Shown here one piece after another: positions 37,040 through 46,435 of a DNA stretch of 64,000 nucleotides. The stretch comes from Thermoanaerobaculia bacterium (GTDB taxonomy: Bacteria; Acidobacteriota; Thermoanaerobaculia; Multivoradales; UBA5704): NCBI GenBank assembly GCA_035995205.1, contig DASYKS010000041.1, positions 173,671 through 237,670 on the forward strand, read 5' to 3'. The stretch's first letter is position 1. The number at the start of each line of letters is the position of its first letter. Made by a program: the position numbers and the translations under genes. The notes under the pieces are model-generated. The model was not told the DNA's origin and searched no databases. It saw only the letters and a list, made by a program, of their open reading frames with translations.

Positions 37040-37369
37040 AGCTGACCTTCTCCTTTGAGTTTGTAATCGGAGTCCGGCCAAAACCGTGCGTGCCGACTAC
37101 ATATCGTGACATACGCCCTCACGCTGGGCTTTATACCGCCACGGACGGCGACCATCGTGGTCTCCGTTCGAGCGGCCAATTCGTGCAGATTCTACCTGGG
37201 TCGTCTTTTTCTCGTCGAGCGTTCTGGGGAGTTCTTTGACCAGAGGGAGGGATGGCTCGGTTGTGCTGGGCTATACCGTCGCCCACTCGGCGAGCGGGAG
37301 AATCATACTCGGTTCCCTCGTCAAGTGCAAAGTTTGGGGGTCGGGACGAGTGAACTAGACTTCCGGCCC

Positions 37370-38467
37370 GTGTCGACGCCAGAGCCCACCCGGAGAGCTC
37401 GATGGGGGCATCGCCTCCGTTTTCTGCTGTGCAACCTGGGCGGTTGGGTGCTCTTTGCCGCCGTGGCGTCGATCTGGCTGAAGGCCGAGCGCCGGGGTTT
37501 GGGCGTGCCGGCGGACGGTTGGGCGATCTTCCGTAGCGCCGCCCTGATCTGGGGCCTGTGGTCGATCCCGACCGCGTTCATCTTCAAAACGTTCCGGCGC
37601 CATCCATGGGAGCCCGGCCGCTGGCGGCGCACCCTGGGGTTTCATTTTCTGGCGAGCCTCCTGTGGATGCCGCTCTACGGCGCGCTGCTGATTCCGGCCT
37701 GTGCGATCGCGTTCGGCATTCCCTGGCGGCGGCTTCCCGAGTTTGCCCCAGGCTTCTACGGCACGATGTTCTGGACCGAGTACCTGTTCTATTGGCCGGT
37801 CTTCGCGGTGGCCGCGGCGAACGACGGCCTGCGCCGGGCGCGCGACCGCGAAGCGCTCGCCCGCGAGCTCGCCCAGGCGCGGCTCGACGCTCTCCGCTCG
37901 CGCATCCAGCCGCATTTCCTCTTCAACACCCTGGCCGCCATCTCCGGACTGTTGCGGTCGGGTGAGATCGACCGCTCCGCCCGCTCGATCGAGCTGTTGG
38001 CGGACCTGTTGCGGCGCGTGGTATCGCAATCCGACCAGCCGCTGGTTCGGCTGGACGAGGAGCTGGCCGCCGCCGACCTCTACCTGGAGATCCAGAAGAC
38101 GCGCTGCGGCCCCCGGCTCGACGTCGACGTCCGCGCGGAGCCCGAGGCGATGGCGTTCGGAGTGCCGAGCCTGCTGCTCCAGCCGCTGCTGGAAAACGCC
38201 TTCGAGCATGGCGTCGCGCGGGTTCCAGGGCCGGTGAAGGTTTCGCTTGCCGCGCGCAGGATGGCGGATCGGCTCGAAATCGAGATCACGAACCCGATCG
38301 CCGAAGGCGCCGGTCGGGGCCACGGCGCCCAAGGCGTGGGCCTCGCGAACACGCGATCGCGCATCGAGCTGCTGTTTCCCGAAGAGGGCCGCTGCGATCT
38401 CGTGCTCGACCCCGAGGCGCGCGTCGCCCGAACGACCGTGATCCTGCCCGCGAGGCCGCTCGAATGA
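37370..38467 (+). CDS. LytS/YehU-type sensor histidine kinase
   Basis: A multi-TM N-terminus is followed by …RSRIQPHFLFNTLAAISGL… (His_kinase PF06580 H-box) and …LLQPLLENAFEHGV… (ATPase N-box). The GTG start is uncertain. Confidence 0.7.
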   Translation: MSTPEPTRRARWGHRLRFLLCNLGGWVLFAAVASIWLKAERRGLGVPADGWAIFRSAALIWGLWSIPTAFIFKTFRRHPWEPGRWRRTLGFHFLASLLWMPLYGALLIPACAIAFGIPWRRLPEFAPGFYGTMFWTEYLFYWPVFAVAAANDGLRRARDREALARELAQARLDALRSRIQPHFLFNTLAAISGLLRSGEIDRSARSIELLADLLRRVVSQSDQPLVRLDEELAAADLYLEIQKTRCGPRLDVDVRAEPEAMAFGVPSLLLQPLLENAFEHGVARVPGPVKVSLAARRMADRLEIEITNPIAEGAGRGHGAQGVGLANTRSRIELLFPEEGRCDLVLDPEARVARTTVILPARPLE

Positions 38468-39291
38468 CCGCTCCGCTGCGGGTTCTGGTGGTCGACGACG
38501 AGCCTTTGGCCCGGAAGGACTTGGAGCTGATGCTCGGAGCGGAGCCCGGAATCGAGGTGCTCCCCGGCGCGGACGACGGAGAGAGCGCGCTCTCTCCGAT
38601 CGCGGAGGCAAAACCCGACGTGCTGTTTCTCGACATCCGAATGCCCGGGCTCGATGGCTTCGAGCTACTCGCCCGGATCGAGCCGCGAAATCTTCCGCTG
38701 GTCGTGTTCGTCAGCGCCTACGACGAGTTCGCGCTCAAGGCGTTCGCCGTTTGGGCCCTGGACTACCTGGTAAAGCCGGTGAACCCCGCCCGTCTGCGTG
38801 AAACGCTCGATCGCGTCAGGAGCCGCCGGGACGAGCACTGGCAGTCGCGGGTCGCCCAAGAGGTCGCCGAGCTTCGCGGGCTGTTCGAAAGCCTGGCGAG
38901 CGGACAGCCGATTTCGGCACAGGAAAAGCGGACGCAGGAAAAGCGAGGCGAATACCCCCTGCGGCTCGCGGCGCGCGAAACGGATCGCATTCGCTTCGTG
39001 GCGGTCGAATCGATCGTCTGGATCGAAGCGGACCGCAACTACTGCGTGCTGCACGGCCGGGAGGGACGGTTCTCGCTGCGCGCCACCCTCTCCGAAATGG
39101 AGTCGCAGCTCGATCCAAGCCGCTTCGTGCGCATCCACCGCTCCGCGATCGTGGCGCTCGACCAGATTCGCGAGCTTCGCCCGACGTTCCGGGGCGAGTA
39201 CGCGGTGGCCCTGCGCGACGGCACCTCGCTGCGCTGGTCCCGCGGGTACCTCGCGGCGCTCCGGAAGTTTCTCGGCACGAAGGGAGACTGA
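38464..39291 (+). CDS. LytTR-family response regulator
   Basis: A receiver domain (…LVVDDEPLAR…LFLDIRMPGLDGFEL…) is fused to a LytTR DNA-binding domain. Its start overlaps the kinase stop (ATGA). Confidence 0.85.
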   Translation: MTAPLRVLVVDDEPLARKDLELMLGAEPGIEVLPGADDGESALSPIAEAKPDVLFLDIRMPGLDGFELLARIEPRNLPLVVFVSAYDEFALKAFAVWALDYLVKPVNPARLRETLDRVRSRRDEHWQSRVAQEVAELRGLFESLASGQPISAQEKRTQEKRGEYPLRLAARETDRIRFVAVESIVWIEADRNYCVLHGREGRFSLRATLSEMESQLDPSRFVRIHRSAIVALDQIRELRPTFRGEYAVALRDGTSLRWSRGYLAALRKFLGTKGD

Positions 39292-39371
39292 GAGCAATTT
39301 CGTCCCGGCAAGCGGCGCATCCGTCCCTCGCGGCTCGCCCGGAACGGCGCGATCGGTCCAGCCTTCGCACC

Positions 39372-40790
39372 ATGTCTCACCGAAAACGGCGCCCCCTTCG
39401 ATTTCTTCTCCTCGCCCTCGCCGCGTTGACCACCTTCGTCGCAATCGGCGCACGGTCCCAACAACCGGAGGCCCCTCCGCAACGCTCATGCGACGAGGCG
39501 CGGTACCGAGAATTCGATTTCCTGATCGGCGAATGGGAGGCCTACTCGCCCGACGGCAAGCTCGCCGGCCGCGACCGGATCACGCCGATCTACGACGGTT
39601 GCGCGCTTGAGGAAGCTTGGAGCGGCCCGGTCCTGCCGCCCAAATATCGCGGCGGCAGCGTGAGCGCCTTCGATGCGCGGAGCGGCGGATGGCACCAGAC
39701 CTGGGTCGACAATCAAGGGGTCACCGCCAGGATGGAAGGAGGCCTCCGCGAGGGGCGCATGGTGCTTGTAGGCGACGCGGGCTCGGGAGCCCCCGGACGC
39801 CGGGTTCGGCTCACCTGGGAGCCGCAGAAAAAGGGCGAGGTCCGCCAGACGATCGAGCACGCCGAAGGACCGGAAGGGATTTGGACGACCGCCACGGTTC
39901 TCCTCTATCAGCACGCCGGTTGGGCCGCGATCCCTTTGCATTACGACGAACGCCTGGCGAAAGCAGGGTTTCCCAGCCCGGCCGTGCGTCTGAAAATCGG
40001 CGATCGGACGGCATGGTTTCTCGTCGACAGCGGCGCGGGCGTTTCGACGTTTGCCTCGTGGTTCATCGAAAGTGCCAGGCTCGCGACCGAGACGACGGCC
40101 ACCACGATGCGCGACGCGGCCGGGCGGCCCGTGCCGCTCCGGGTCGTACGCAATATCACCGGGACTCTCGCCGACGGCTCGACCCTTCGGATCGAAGCCG
40201 CGGGGATCGCCGATTTTCCGCCCCTCTTTGAACAGAACGAGCTCGGGGGCCTACTCTCGCCCCAACTGCTCGCACCGAAAGGGCTCGCCGCGGTGCTCGA
40301 CCTACGGGTGCCGGAGCTGCGCTTCGAGCCGTTCGAAGCCGCGGTCGCCCGGCTGGGCGCCGCGCGCATCTCCGCCGCGAAAGTCTGCGAAGAATCCGGC
40401 GCCGATCTCGCCAATCGCCTCTACGCCCTGCCGGCTACCGTGGCGGGTGTTCCCACGTCGCTCCTCCTCGACAGCGGCTCGACCGATACAGAGGTACGGC
40501 GGGATTCTGCGGTCGCCCGATCGCTCGCCGGTCGCGCGGTGGAGGGCAGGAGCACGGTCGCCATTTCCGGCGGCGAAGAGAAAAGGCTCCGAGCCGCCGC
40601 GGTGGCCGTTGGATTTGCGGAAACGGTTCGTACCCTCGACGTGTCGATCGGAGCCGCGACCTCGAACTGCGCCCCCGACGGGCTGCTCGGAATCGACGCG
40701 CTCCGGAGCTGCGCGGTCGTATTGGGCGCGAAAGATTTGGGCGTCGTTTGCGATGCGGCCGGCGGGGGTGAGCCTGCTCGCAAGCCGTGA
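39372..40790 (+). CDS. Secreted protein with a duplicated retropepsin-like aspartic peptidase signature
   Basis: Signal peptide. There are two D-S-G motifs (…WFLVDSGAGVST… and …LLLDSGSTDTEV…). The N-terminal domain has FDFLIGEWEA…. Confidence 0.55.
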   Translation: MSHRKRRPLRFLLLALAALTTFVAIGARSQQPEAPPQRSCDEARYREFDFLIGEWEAYSPDGKLAGRDRITPIYDGCALEEAWSGPVLPPKYRGGSVSAFDARSGGWHQTWVDNQGVTARMEGGLREGRMVLVGDAGSGAPGRRVRLTWEPQKKGEVRQTIEHAEGPEGIWTTATVLLYQHAGWAAIPLHYDERLAKAGFPSPAVRLKIGDRTAWFLVDSGAGVSTFASWFIESARLATETTATTMRDAAGRPVPLRVVRNITGTLADGSTLRIEAAGIADFPPLFEQNELGGLLSPQLLAPKGLAAVLDLRVPELRFEPFEAAVARLGAARISAAKVCEESGADLANRLYALPATVAGVPTSLLLDSGSTDTEVRRDSAVARSLAGRAVEGRSTVAISGGEEKRLRAAAVAVGFAETVRTLDVSIGAATSNCAPDGLLGIDALRSCAVVLGAKDLGVVCDAAGGGEPARKP

Positions 40791-40875
40791 GAAGAGATTC
40801 GAGAACTTTCCCGAGATACCCTACGACCGCCGCACGGTTTCGCCGTCCTGGTGTCTGAAGGAGGGTCCCTCGCTC

Positions 40876-41600
40876 ATGTCTTGCCACTCGACGTTCGTCC
40901 GCTCTTCATGCTTCGCCCTTGTCCTTCTTGGCGTCCTCGGTACGGGGATGGTCGTTCCTCCCGTCCTCTTCGCCGCCGACCCTGCCGTGCTGGGGAGCGA
41001 GGTCTACGAGGGTTTCGACCTCGACCGCTTGGCGAAGGCCCTCGCCCGGCTCACCACGCTTCGCACCCAATATGGCGAGAAGGAGGGGAACGCGGCGTTC
41101 CAGCGCTGGCTTGCCGAGCAGGGGTCGTCGCGCAAAGAGTACGAGAGGGCCTACTCCTCGTGGTTCGAGCGGTTCCGCGCCGACTCGTCGGGCCAGTTGG
41201 AGGCGCGGTTCCAGATGCTGAACAGCCGCTACGTGACCGAGGAAAACTTCGCCGACACACCCGACCGCAGCCAGGAGGTGCGCGGCGGGATGACACTCGA
41301 CCGCTACGCGCAGATCGCCGTGGCGCTCTCCCGGCCGCCGGGGGCGGATGTCACGAAGGTGCTCGCCAAGTTTGGGATCAAGAGCCAGGCCGAATGGAAA
41401 AAGGCGACCGATGCCTGGGTCGCGGCGATGCGCGAGGATACGAGCTTCGGCGTCAGCCAGCAGTATGGAGCGCTTTATCAGAAGTACGCTTCGCGCCGAT
41501 CCAAGACAAGGAGGTGCCCGAGCGCATCATCCTGCGCGGCCGGATCGACGGGTACACGGGAGCACTGCGCGATTTCGAGGGCGCCCTCGAAGACTGGTAG
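40876..41600 (+). CDS. Secreted hypothetical protein with a probable frameshift near 41480
   Basis: The N-terminal frame is MSCHSTFVRSSCFALVLLGVLG…QQYGALYQKYAS. A plausible C-terminus (…FAPIQDKEVPERIILRGRIDGYTGALRDFEGALEDW) continues in the +2 frame that ends at 41600. Confidence 0.3.
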
Positions 41601-41713
41601 AGAGGAAGTAAACCGGGCAGGCACGGGGGCCTGCCGCTACAGATCCATCGATTGAATCCGGGAATTTCCGGTAGGGGCGGCCCCCCGTGGCCGCCCGGGA
41701 CGAACGGGGACCT

Positions 41714-42250
41714 CTACCGCAGGGGCTTGGCCAACCGGTAGCTGAACGTCTTGACCGGCGTGCCGGTCTGCTGCTCGATCTCGCCGCGGAACGACTCGAT
41801 CAGCTGGCGCAGGTTCGGATTGATCTCCGACGCGTGCGCCGGGAACGTGGCGAACGGCTCGCCGCAGGAGCCCTCTCCGTCCCCGCACACCGGGGAGTCG
41901 TCGAGGCCGCACTGGATCACTTCGGCGCTGTCGATAATCACGTCGACATTGCCCGGATTGTTTTCATCGGTTCCGGTCGCGACACGGAAGTAGGGATAGG
42001 GATTGCCGACCGGAAAGTCGTAGGTGGTCATCGTGCAGTGGCACTCCGCGGGGAGAACCGCAAGCGGCGGGCACGAGCTGGCGCCGACATATTGAGCCGT
42101 CGAATGGCCATCCGAGTATGGACCGCAGCTCTTGACCCAGTGGTAGAGCCCCGTGCCGTAGTGGACGGGTGCGGCCCCAGCGGGCAGGGCCAAAGCGACA
42201 CCAAGGGCGAGCACCAGGAACGTCAAAGACAGGGTAATCCTAGATTTCAT
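41714..42250 (-). CDS. Secreted Cys-rich hypothetical protein
   Basis: Signal peptide MKSRITLSLTFLVLALGVALALPAGA, then 10 Cys in about 150 aa. Confidence 0.45.
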   Translation of the reverse strand: MKSRITLSLTFLVLALGVALALPAGAAPVHYGTGLYHWVKSCGPYSDGHSTAQYVGASSCPPLAVLPAECHCTMTTYDFPVGNPYPYFRVATGTDENNPGNVDVIIDSAEVIQCGLDDSPVCGDGEGSCGEPFATFPAHASEINPNLRQLIESFRGEIEQQTGTPVKTFSYRLAKPLR

Positions 42251-42485
42251 GCTTTCTCCGAAAAGTGGGGTTTCCGGCCTGGAACAGGCGCGGGGATGAA
42301 GGTGATGCAAAAGATGGGGTGCGCTCGGAGGGATTAAGCGAGCCGCGAGTTTCGGCATCGGCCCGCACGGCGCCCGCGCGAGATCGGAGAAAACTCATTT
42401 GGAGTGCGGCGACGCGTCGCCGCTTTTCTCCGGGCCGACGCGTCGGCCCGGCTCGTAGCGATCGAGCGGTGAGGGCTGCGCCCCT

Positions 42486-43421
42486 TCAGCGCGGCCCTCC
42501 AGCTTCCTTCCCCGCCAACGCCTCGATCATCCCCTCCAATTTCGCGACGCGCGCCGCAAGGTCCGCGACCTGCCGGTCCTTCTCGGCGATGACCTGGTTC
42601 ATCCCTTGGAGCGCCAGGAATGCCACGCCCGCCTGGTCGCCGGGTGCTATGTGGCGGTTGTCGGCGCCGAGGCCGAAGGCTTGGTGGAAGTCCTGGGCCA
42701 TGGGTCCGAGGTGGCGGATGCCGGGGCTCTCGGTCTTGTAGCTCCAGAGCGAGACGGGCATCGTGAGGACGCGGTCGAGAGCGGTGCGCGGATCGAGGGT
42801 TTCGAAATCGGTCTTGATGTCGCGGCTCGATCCTTCGGTCAGCATGCCGTGGATCGTCAGGTTGCCGTCGACGTCGAGGACCGAGGCCCGGAACGCCGCA
42901 CCCGACAGAATGAAGCTAAAGCCTTGCGAGTCGTTCAGCAGACGCCAGGCGTCGCCGCCGGTCGTGGTCAGGCGCATCTCGGGACTGCTCGCCGCTTCGA
43001 CGTCCAGCCGGGCGTCGGGCGTGGCGGTTCCCAGGCCGACCCGGCCGATGTTGCTCACGAAGAACGAATTGGTCGGCGCGGCGCCGCGTATGGTGACCGG
43101 CACGGTCGCTGCGGTGACGTCCTCGATCGAGAACCGGTTCACTCCGCCGTTGGTCGAGTCGTTCGCGGTCAGGCGCCAATCGGTCGCTGGGAAACCCGCC
43201 GTGGTGCTGGAGTCGTCGAACAGCAGGTGAGTGTTGTTGTGCTTGATCTTCAGGATGTCGAGCCCGAAGCTCTCGGTCGCGCTGCAATCGGTTCCCGCGC
43301 ACAGATCGCCCTGGACGATCAGGGTGTCGGCGATCACCTCCTGCGCGCTCAGGAAAGCCGGCGTGCAGAGCCCGGTCCACAGCAGCAGCAAGATCCATCG
43401 GAACGCCAGTTTCTTGGTCAT
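42486..43421 (-). CDS. Secreted protein with a C-terminal intramolecular-chaperone auto-processing domain (peptidase S74 / tail-fibre-like)
   Basis: …SSRDIKTDFETLDPRTALDRVLTMPVSLWSYK…HLGPMAQDFHQAFGLGADN…LQGMNQVIAEKDRQVADLAARVAKLE… matches the endosialidase/tail-fibre chaperone domain pattern. Confidence 0.65.
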   Translation of the reverse strand: MTKKLAFRWILLLLWTGLCTPAFLSAQEVIADTLIVQGDLCAGTDCSATESFGLDILKIKHNNTHLLFDDSSTTAGFPATDWRLTANDSTNGGVNRFSIEDVTAATVPVTIRGAAPTNSFFVSNIGRVGLGTATPDARLDVEAASSPEMRLTTTGGDAWRLLNDSQGFSFILSGAAFRASVLDVDGNLTIHGMLTEGSSRDIKTDFETLDPRTALDRVLTMPVSLWSYKTESPGIRHLGPMAQDFHQAFGLGADNRHIAPGDQAGVAFLALQGMNQVIAEKDRQVADLAARVAKLEGMIEALAGKEAGGPR

Positions 43422-43533
43422 CGCTTTCTCCTCTCGTCGTGATGCGTTGGAGGAGAGGCGGAGGGCGAACGCGAGATGTTACGCCGGAGCCCCGGGCTTG
43501 CGCGTCGTCCAGCGTTCCGGCGCATATCCTCGA

Positions 43534-43734
43534 ATGACAACGCCGGTGTTTAAGGGAGGCTCGCAATGCGCAAGGCGGCGTGTTTCGCACGCCGCCTTGG
43601 TCGGCTTGGCCCCTGGGCAGTACTACCTGTTCACCGACTCTGGCGCTACAGGCCCCAGCTCGTCCGGGAGCTATACCCTGTCGATCGGTCCTTCGGTTTG
43701 TCCGGTCGAGCTGATGGAGTTCTCGATCGAATGA
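43534..43734 (+). CDS. Small ORF or gene remnant encoding a PPC-like β-strand segment that ends in the recurrent C-terminal motif
   Basis: MTTPVFKGG…GQYYLFTDSGATGPSSSGSYTLSIGPSVCPVELMEFSIE. Only the last 66 codons of the 43231 frame look protein-like. Confidence 0.3.
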   Translation: MTTPVFKGGSQCARRRVSHAALVGLAPGQYYLFTDSGATGPSSSGSYTLSIGPSVCPVELMEFSIE

Positions 43735-43741
43735 GCGCGGC

Positions 43742-44857
43742 TCACTCCGTCCAGATCTGGCCCAGAGCGCGGCGGAAATTGCCGCCCAGGACCAGCTGCA
43801 CCTCGGCGTCGCCGAAGCCCCGGGAGAGCAGGCCGGCGGCCAGATCGTAGGCGCGGCGGGTGTTGCGCAGGCCGCGGATGTCGTAAGCCATCCGCGCGCG
43901 GCCGGTCGCCGGGTCGGAGAGATCGAGGTCGCAGTCGCTGCCGATCCCCACGTGCTCGACACCCACCAACTGCGCCACGTGGACGAAGTGATCGAGCAGG
44001 CCCTCGATCGTGGGCTCGCCGCCTAGGAAGGCGCGCACTGTCGCGATTCCCATCACCCCGCCGCGCCGGGCGAGAGCCCGAATCACCGCATCGGATTTGT
44101 TACGCGGATGGTGCGCGAGAGCCTGGCAATTGGCATGCGTCACCAGAACGGGCCGGTCCGAGCGGGCGATCGCATCGAGCGTCGTCTTCTCCGAGCAGTG
44201 CGAGACGTCGATCGCCATACCCACCCGATTCATCTCGGCGACAATCCGGCGGCCGAAATCGGTCAGCCCCTGGTCGCGGGGGTCGCGGCAGCCGGAGCCC
44301 AGGCGGCAGCGATCGTTGTAGGTCAGCTGCGAGACCCGTTGGCCGAGGCCGTAGAACAGGGCCACGTCTTCCACGGTGCGGAAATGCTCGCTGCTCTGGA
44401 AGCCGATCAGGATGCCGATCCGTTTCTCGGCCCGAGCGCGATCGAGATCCGCGACGCCGCGGACGGCCAGCAGGTAGCGCGCCTGATTCTGCAGCAGCTC
44501 GTTCCAATCCGCCGCCCAGCCGAGCGCGGCGGCGTGAGGGTTGGAAGAGTTGGGGTCGACCGCGGGGTGGAAGACGTCCACTCCGGAGGCGAGCAGGCGC
44601 TTAAAGTCGGCGTCGCCGAAAGCGGTGGGATTGCGTTGCCAGGAGCGCAAACGGCCCCAGTCAAGCGTCAAGAGGCCGAGCATGTCGATCACCGTGGCGC
44701 GCTCGACGAGCCCTAAGACCCGCGGATCGTCGGCCCCGATCGCGATCGCCGCGCCGGAGCGAGCCTCGGCCAAGGCTACGGCCAGGCCACGTCGAGCCGG
44801 AATGCCGCCGCCCGTTGCGAGGGCGCAGCCCAGAAGAAACCGCCGCCTGCTCAGCAT
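43742..44857 (-). CDS. Membrane dipeptidase (peptidase M19) with a Tat signal
   Basis: RRRFLLGCALATGG Tat motif. …HNDRCR…VSHCSE… are M19 metal-ligand contexts. Confidence 0.8.
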   Translation of the reverse strand: MLSRRRFLLGCALATGGGIPARRGLAVALAEARSGAAIAIGADDPRVLGLVERATVIDMLGLLTLDWGRLRSWQRNPTAFGDADFKRLLASGVDVFHPAVDPNSSNPHAAALGWAADWNELLQNQARYLLAVRGVADLDRARAEKRIGILIGFQSSEHFRTVEDVALFYGLGQRVSQLTYNDRCRLGSGCRDPRDQGLTDFGRRIVAEMNRVGMAIDVSHCSEKTTLDAIARSDRPVLVTHANCQALAHHPRNKSDAVIRALARRGGVMGIATVRAFLGGEPTIEGLLDHFVHVAQLVGVEHVGIGSDCDLDLSDPATGRARMAYDIRGLRNTRRAYDLAAGLLSRGFGDAEVQLVLGGNFRRALGQIWTE

Positions 44858-44998
44858 CGAAAGTCGCCGAACGCTAGGCGACCTCGAAAGTCAAGTCAAG
44901 AGTGATGTGACGGACCGTTTGGCTCGGTAAAAGTCCCCGCCTACCGGACCCCCGCTCCGCCCTGGTACGATCCGCGTCCTTGTCGGAGGTTTTTCACC

Positions 44999-46339
44999 AT
45001 GGCGATGTTCGACGGTCTACAAAACAAGCTGCAAGAGGTATTCCGCAATCTGCGGGGCGAAGGACGGATTTCGGAGGAGGTGCTCCAGGGTGCGCTCCGC
45101 CAGATCCGGCTCGCGCTGCTGGAAGCGGATGTCCATATCCGGGTGGTCAAGCCGTTCGTCGAACGGATCAAAGAACGGGCGCTCGGCGCGGAGGTAATGG
45201 AGAGCCTCTCCCCGTCGCAGCAGGTGGTGAAAATCGTCCGCGACGAGCTCGCCGTGCTGCTCGGCGAGGAAGGCAAGGAGCTGCAGCTCACCAGCCGTCC
45301 CTCGATCGTCCTGCTCTGCGGCCTCCAGGGCTCCGGCAAGACGACCACCGCGGGCAAGCTCGCCAAGCGCCTGGTAGGGAAGGGCCGGCACCCGATCCTG
45401 GTCGCGGGCGATCTTCAGCGCGCCGCGGCGGTCGAGCAGCTCCAGCAGGTGGGCAAGATCGCCGGCGTGCCGGTCGTGACGCCTGAGCCGGGGGAGGACG
45501 TGATCCGCCTCGCGGAGCGGGCGCTCAAAGTGGCGCGGGATCGCGGCAACGACGTGGTGATCGTCGACACCGCCGGCCGTCTTCACGTCGACCAGGCCCT
45601 GATGGCCGAGATCGCCCAGCTCGCGGCGCGCCTGAAGCCGGACGAGGCGCTGTTCGTCGCCGACTCGATGACCGGCCAGGACGCGGTGAAAAGCGCCGAG
45701 CAGTTCGCCGCGGTGGTGCCGCTCACCGGGGCGATCCTGACCAAGCTCGACGGCGACTCGCGCGGCGGCGCGGCGCTGTCGATCCGCACGGTCGCCAAGG
45801 TCCCGATCCGGATGGTCGGAACGGGCGAGAAGGTCGACGACCTGGAGTTGTTCCACCCCGAGCGGATGGCGTCCCGGATGATCGGCATGGGCGACGTCTT
45901 GTCGCTGATCGAGAAGGCCGAGAAGGGAATCGACGTCGAAGAGGCCAAGCGCCTCGCCGAGCGGGCGGTTTCCCAGGAGTTCTCGCTCGAAGACCTGCGC
46001 GATCAGCTACGCCAGATGCGGAAGCTCGGTCCCCTCGCCTCGGTCCTGGAGATGCTGCCCAAGATGGGGCCGCTGCGCGATCTCGACGCCTCGAAGATCG
46101 ACGAGTCGGGCCTGGTCCGCATCGAGGCGATGATCAACTCGATGACCCCGCAGGAGCGGCGCCGCCCCGACGTGATCAACGGCAGCCGCAAGATCCGGAT
46201 CGCCAAAGGCTCCGGCACCTCGGTGCAGGAGATCAACCGCCTGCTCAAGCAGCACAAGATGATGAAAAAGATGATGAAGGGCGTCCAGGGCAAGTTCATG
46301 CGCCGGGCGATGGGGATGAAGGGGAAGATGCGCGGATAG
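44999..46339 (+). CDS. ffh: Signal recognition particle protein Ffh
   Basis: N-domain, G-domain (…LCGLQGSGKTTTAGKLA…DTAGR…TKLDGD…) and Met-rich M-domain (…KMMKKMMKG…). Confidence 0.95.
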   Translation: MAMFDGLQNKLQEVFRNLRGEGRISEEVLQGALRQIRLALLEADVHIRVVKPFVERIKERALGAEVMESLSPSQQVVKIVRDELAVLLGEEGKELQLTSRPSIVLLCGLQGSGKTTTAGKLAKRLVGKGRHPILVAGDLQRAAAVEQLQQVGKIAGVPVVTPEPGEDVIRLAERALKVARDRGNDVVIVDTAGRLHVDQALMAEIAQLAARLKPDEALFVADSMTGQDAVKSAEQFAAVVPLTGAILTKLDGDSRGGAALSIRTVAKVPIRMVGTGEKVDDLELFHPERMASRMIGMGDVLSLIEKAEKGIDVEEAKRLAERAVSQEFSLEDLRDQLRQMRKLGPLASVLEMLPKMGPLRDLDASKIDESGLVRIEAMINSMTPQERRRPDVINGSRKIRIAKGSGTSVQEINRLLKQHKMMKKMMKGVQGKFMRRAMGMKGKMRG

Positions 46340-46435
46340 GGGCGGGCGAGGGCGCAAAGGAGAAGTTCGTTCTGAGTAGGTAACGAAGGTTGCCACGACG
46401 GTCAGGTTGGGTGAGCCGCACTGGGAGAGCGACGA

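Noticed and set aside
40851-41600. 249-aa ORF as an independent gene
   Set aside because: Its first about 200 residues are Arg/Pro/Gly-rich junk. Only its last about 35 residues look real, and they are better explained as the frameshifted C-terminus of the 40876 gene.
43566-43850. ORF preceded by a strong AAGGGAGG Shine-Dalgarno sequence
   Set aside because: The translation is Arg-rich nonsense and it overlaps the M19 dipeptidase gene on the opposite strand. The GGAGG is simply the Gly-Gly codons of the other frame.
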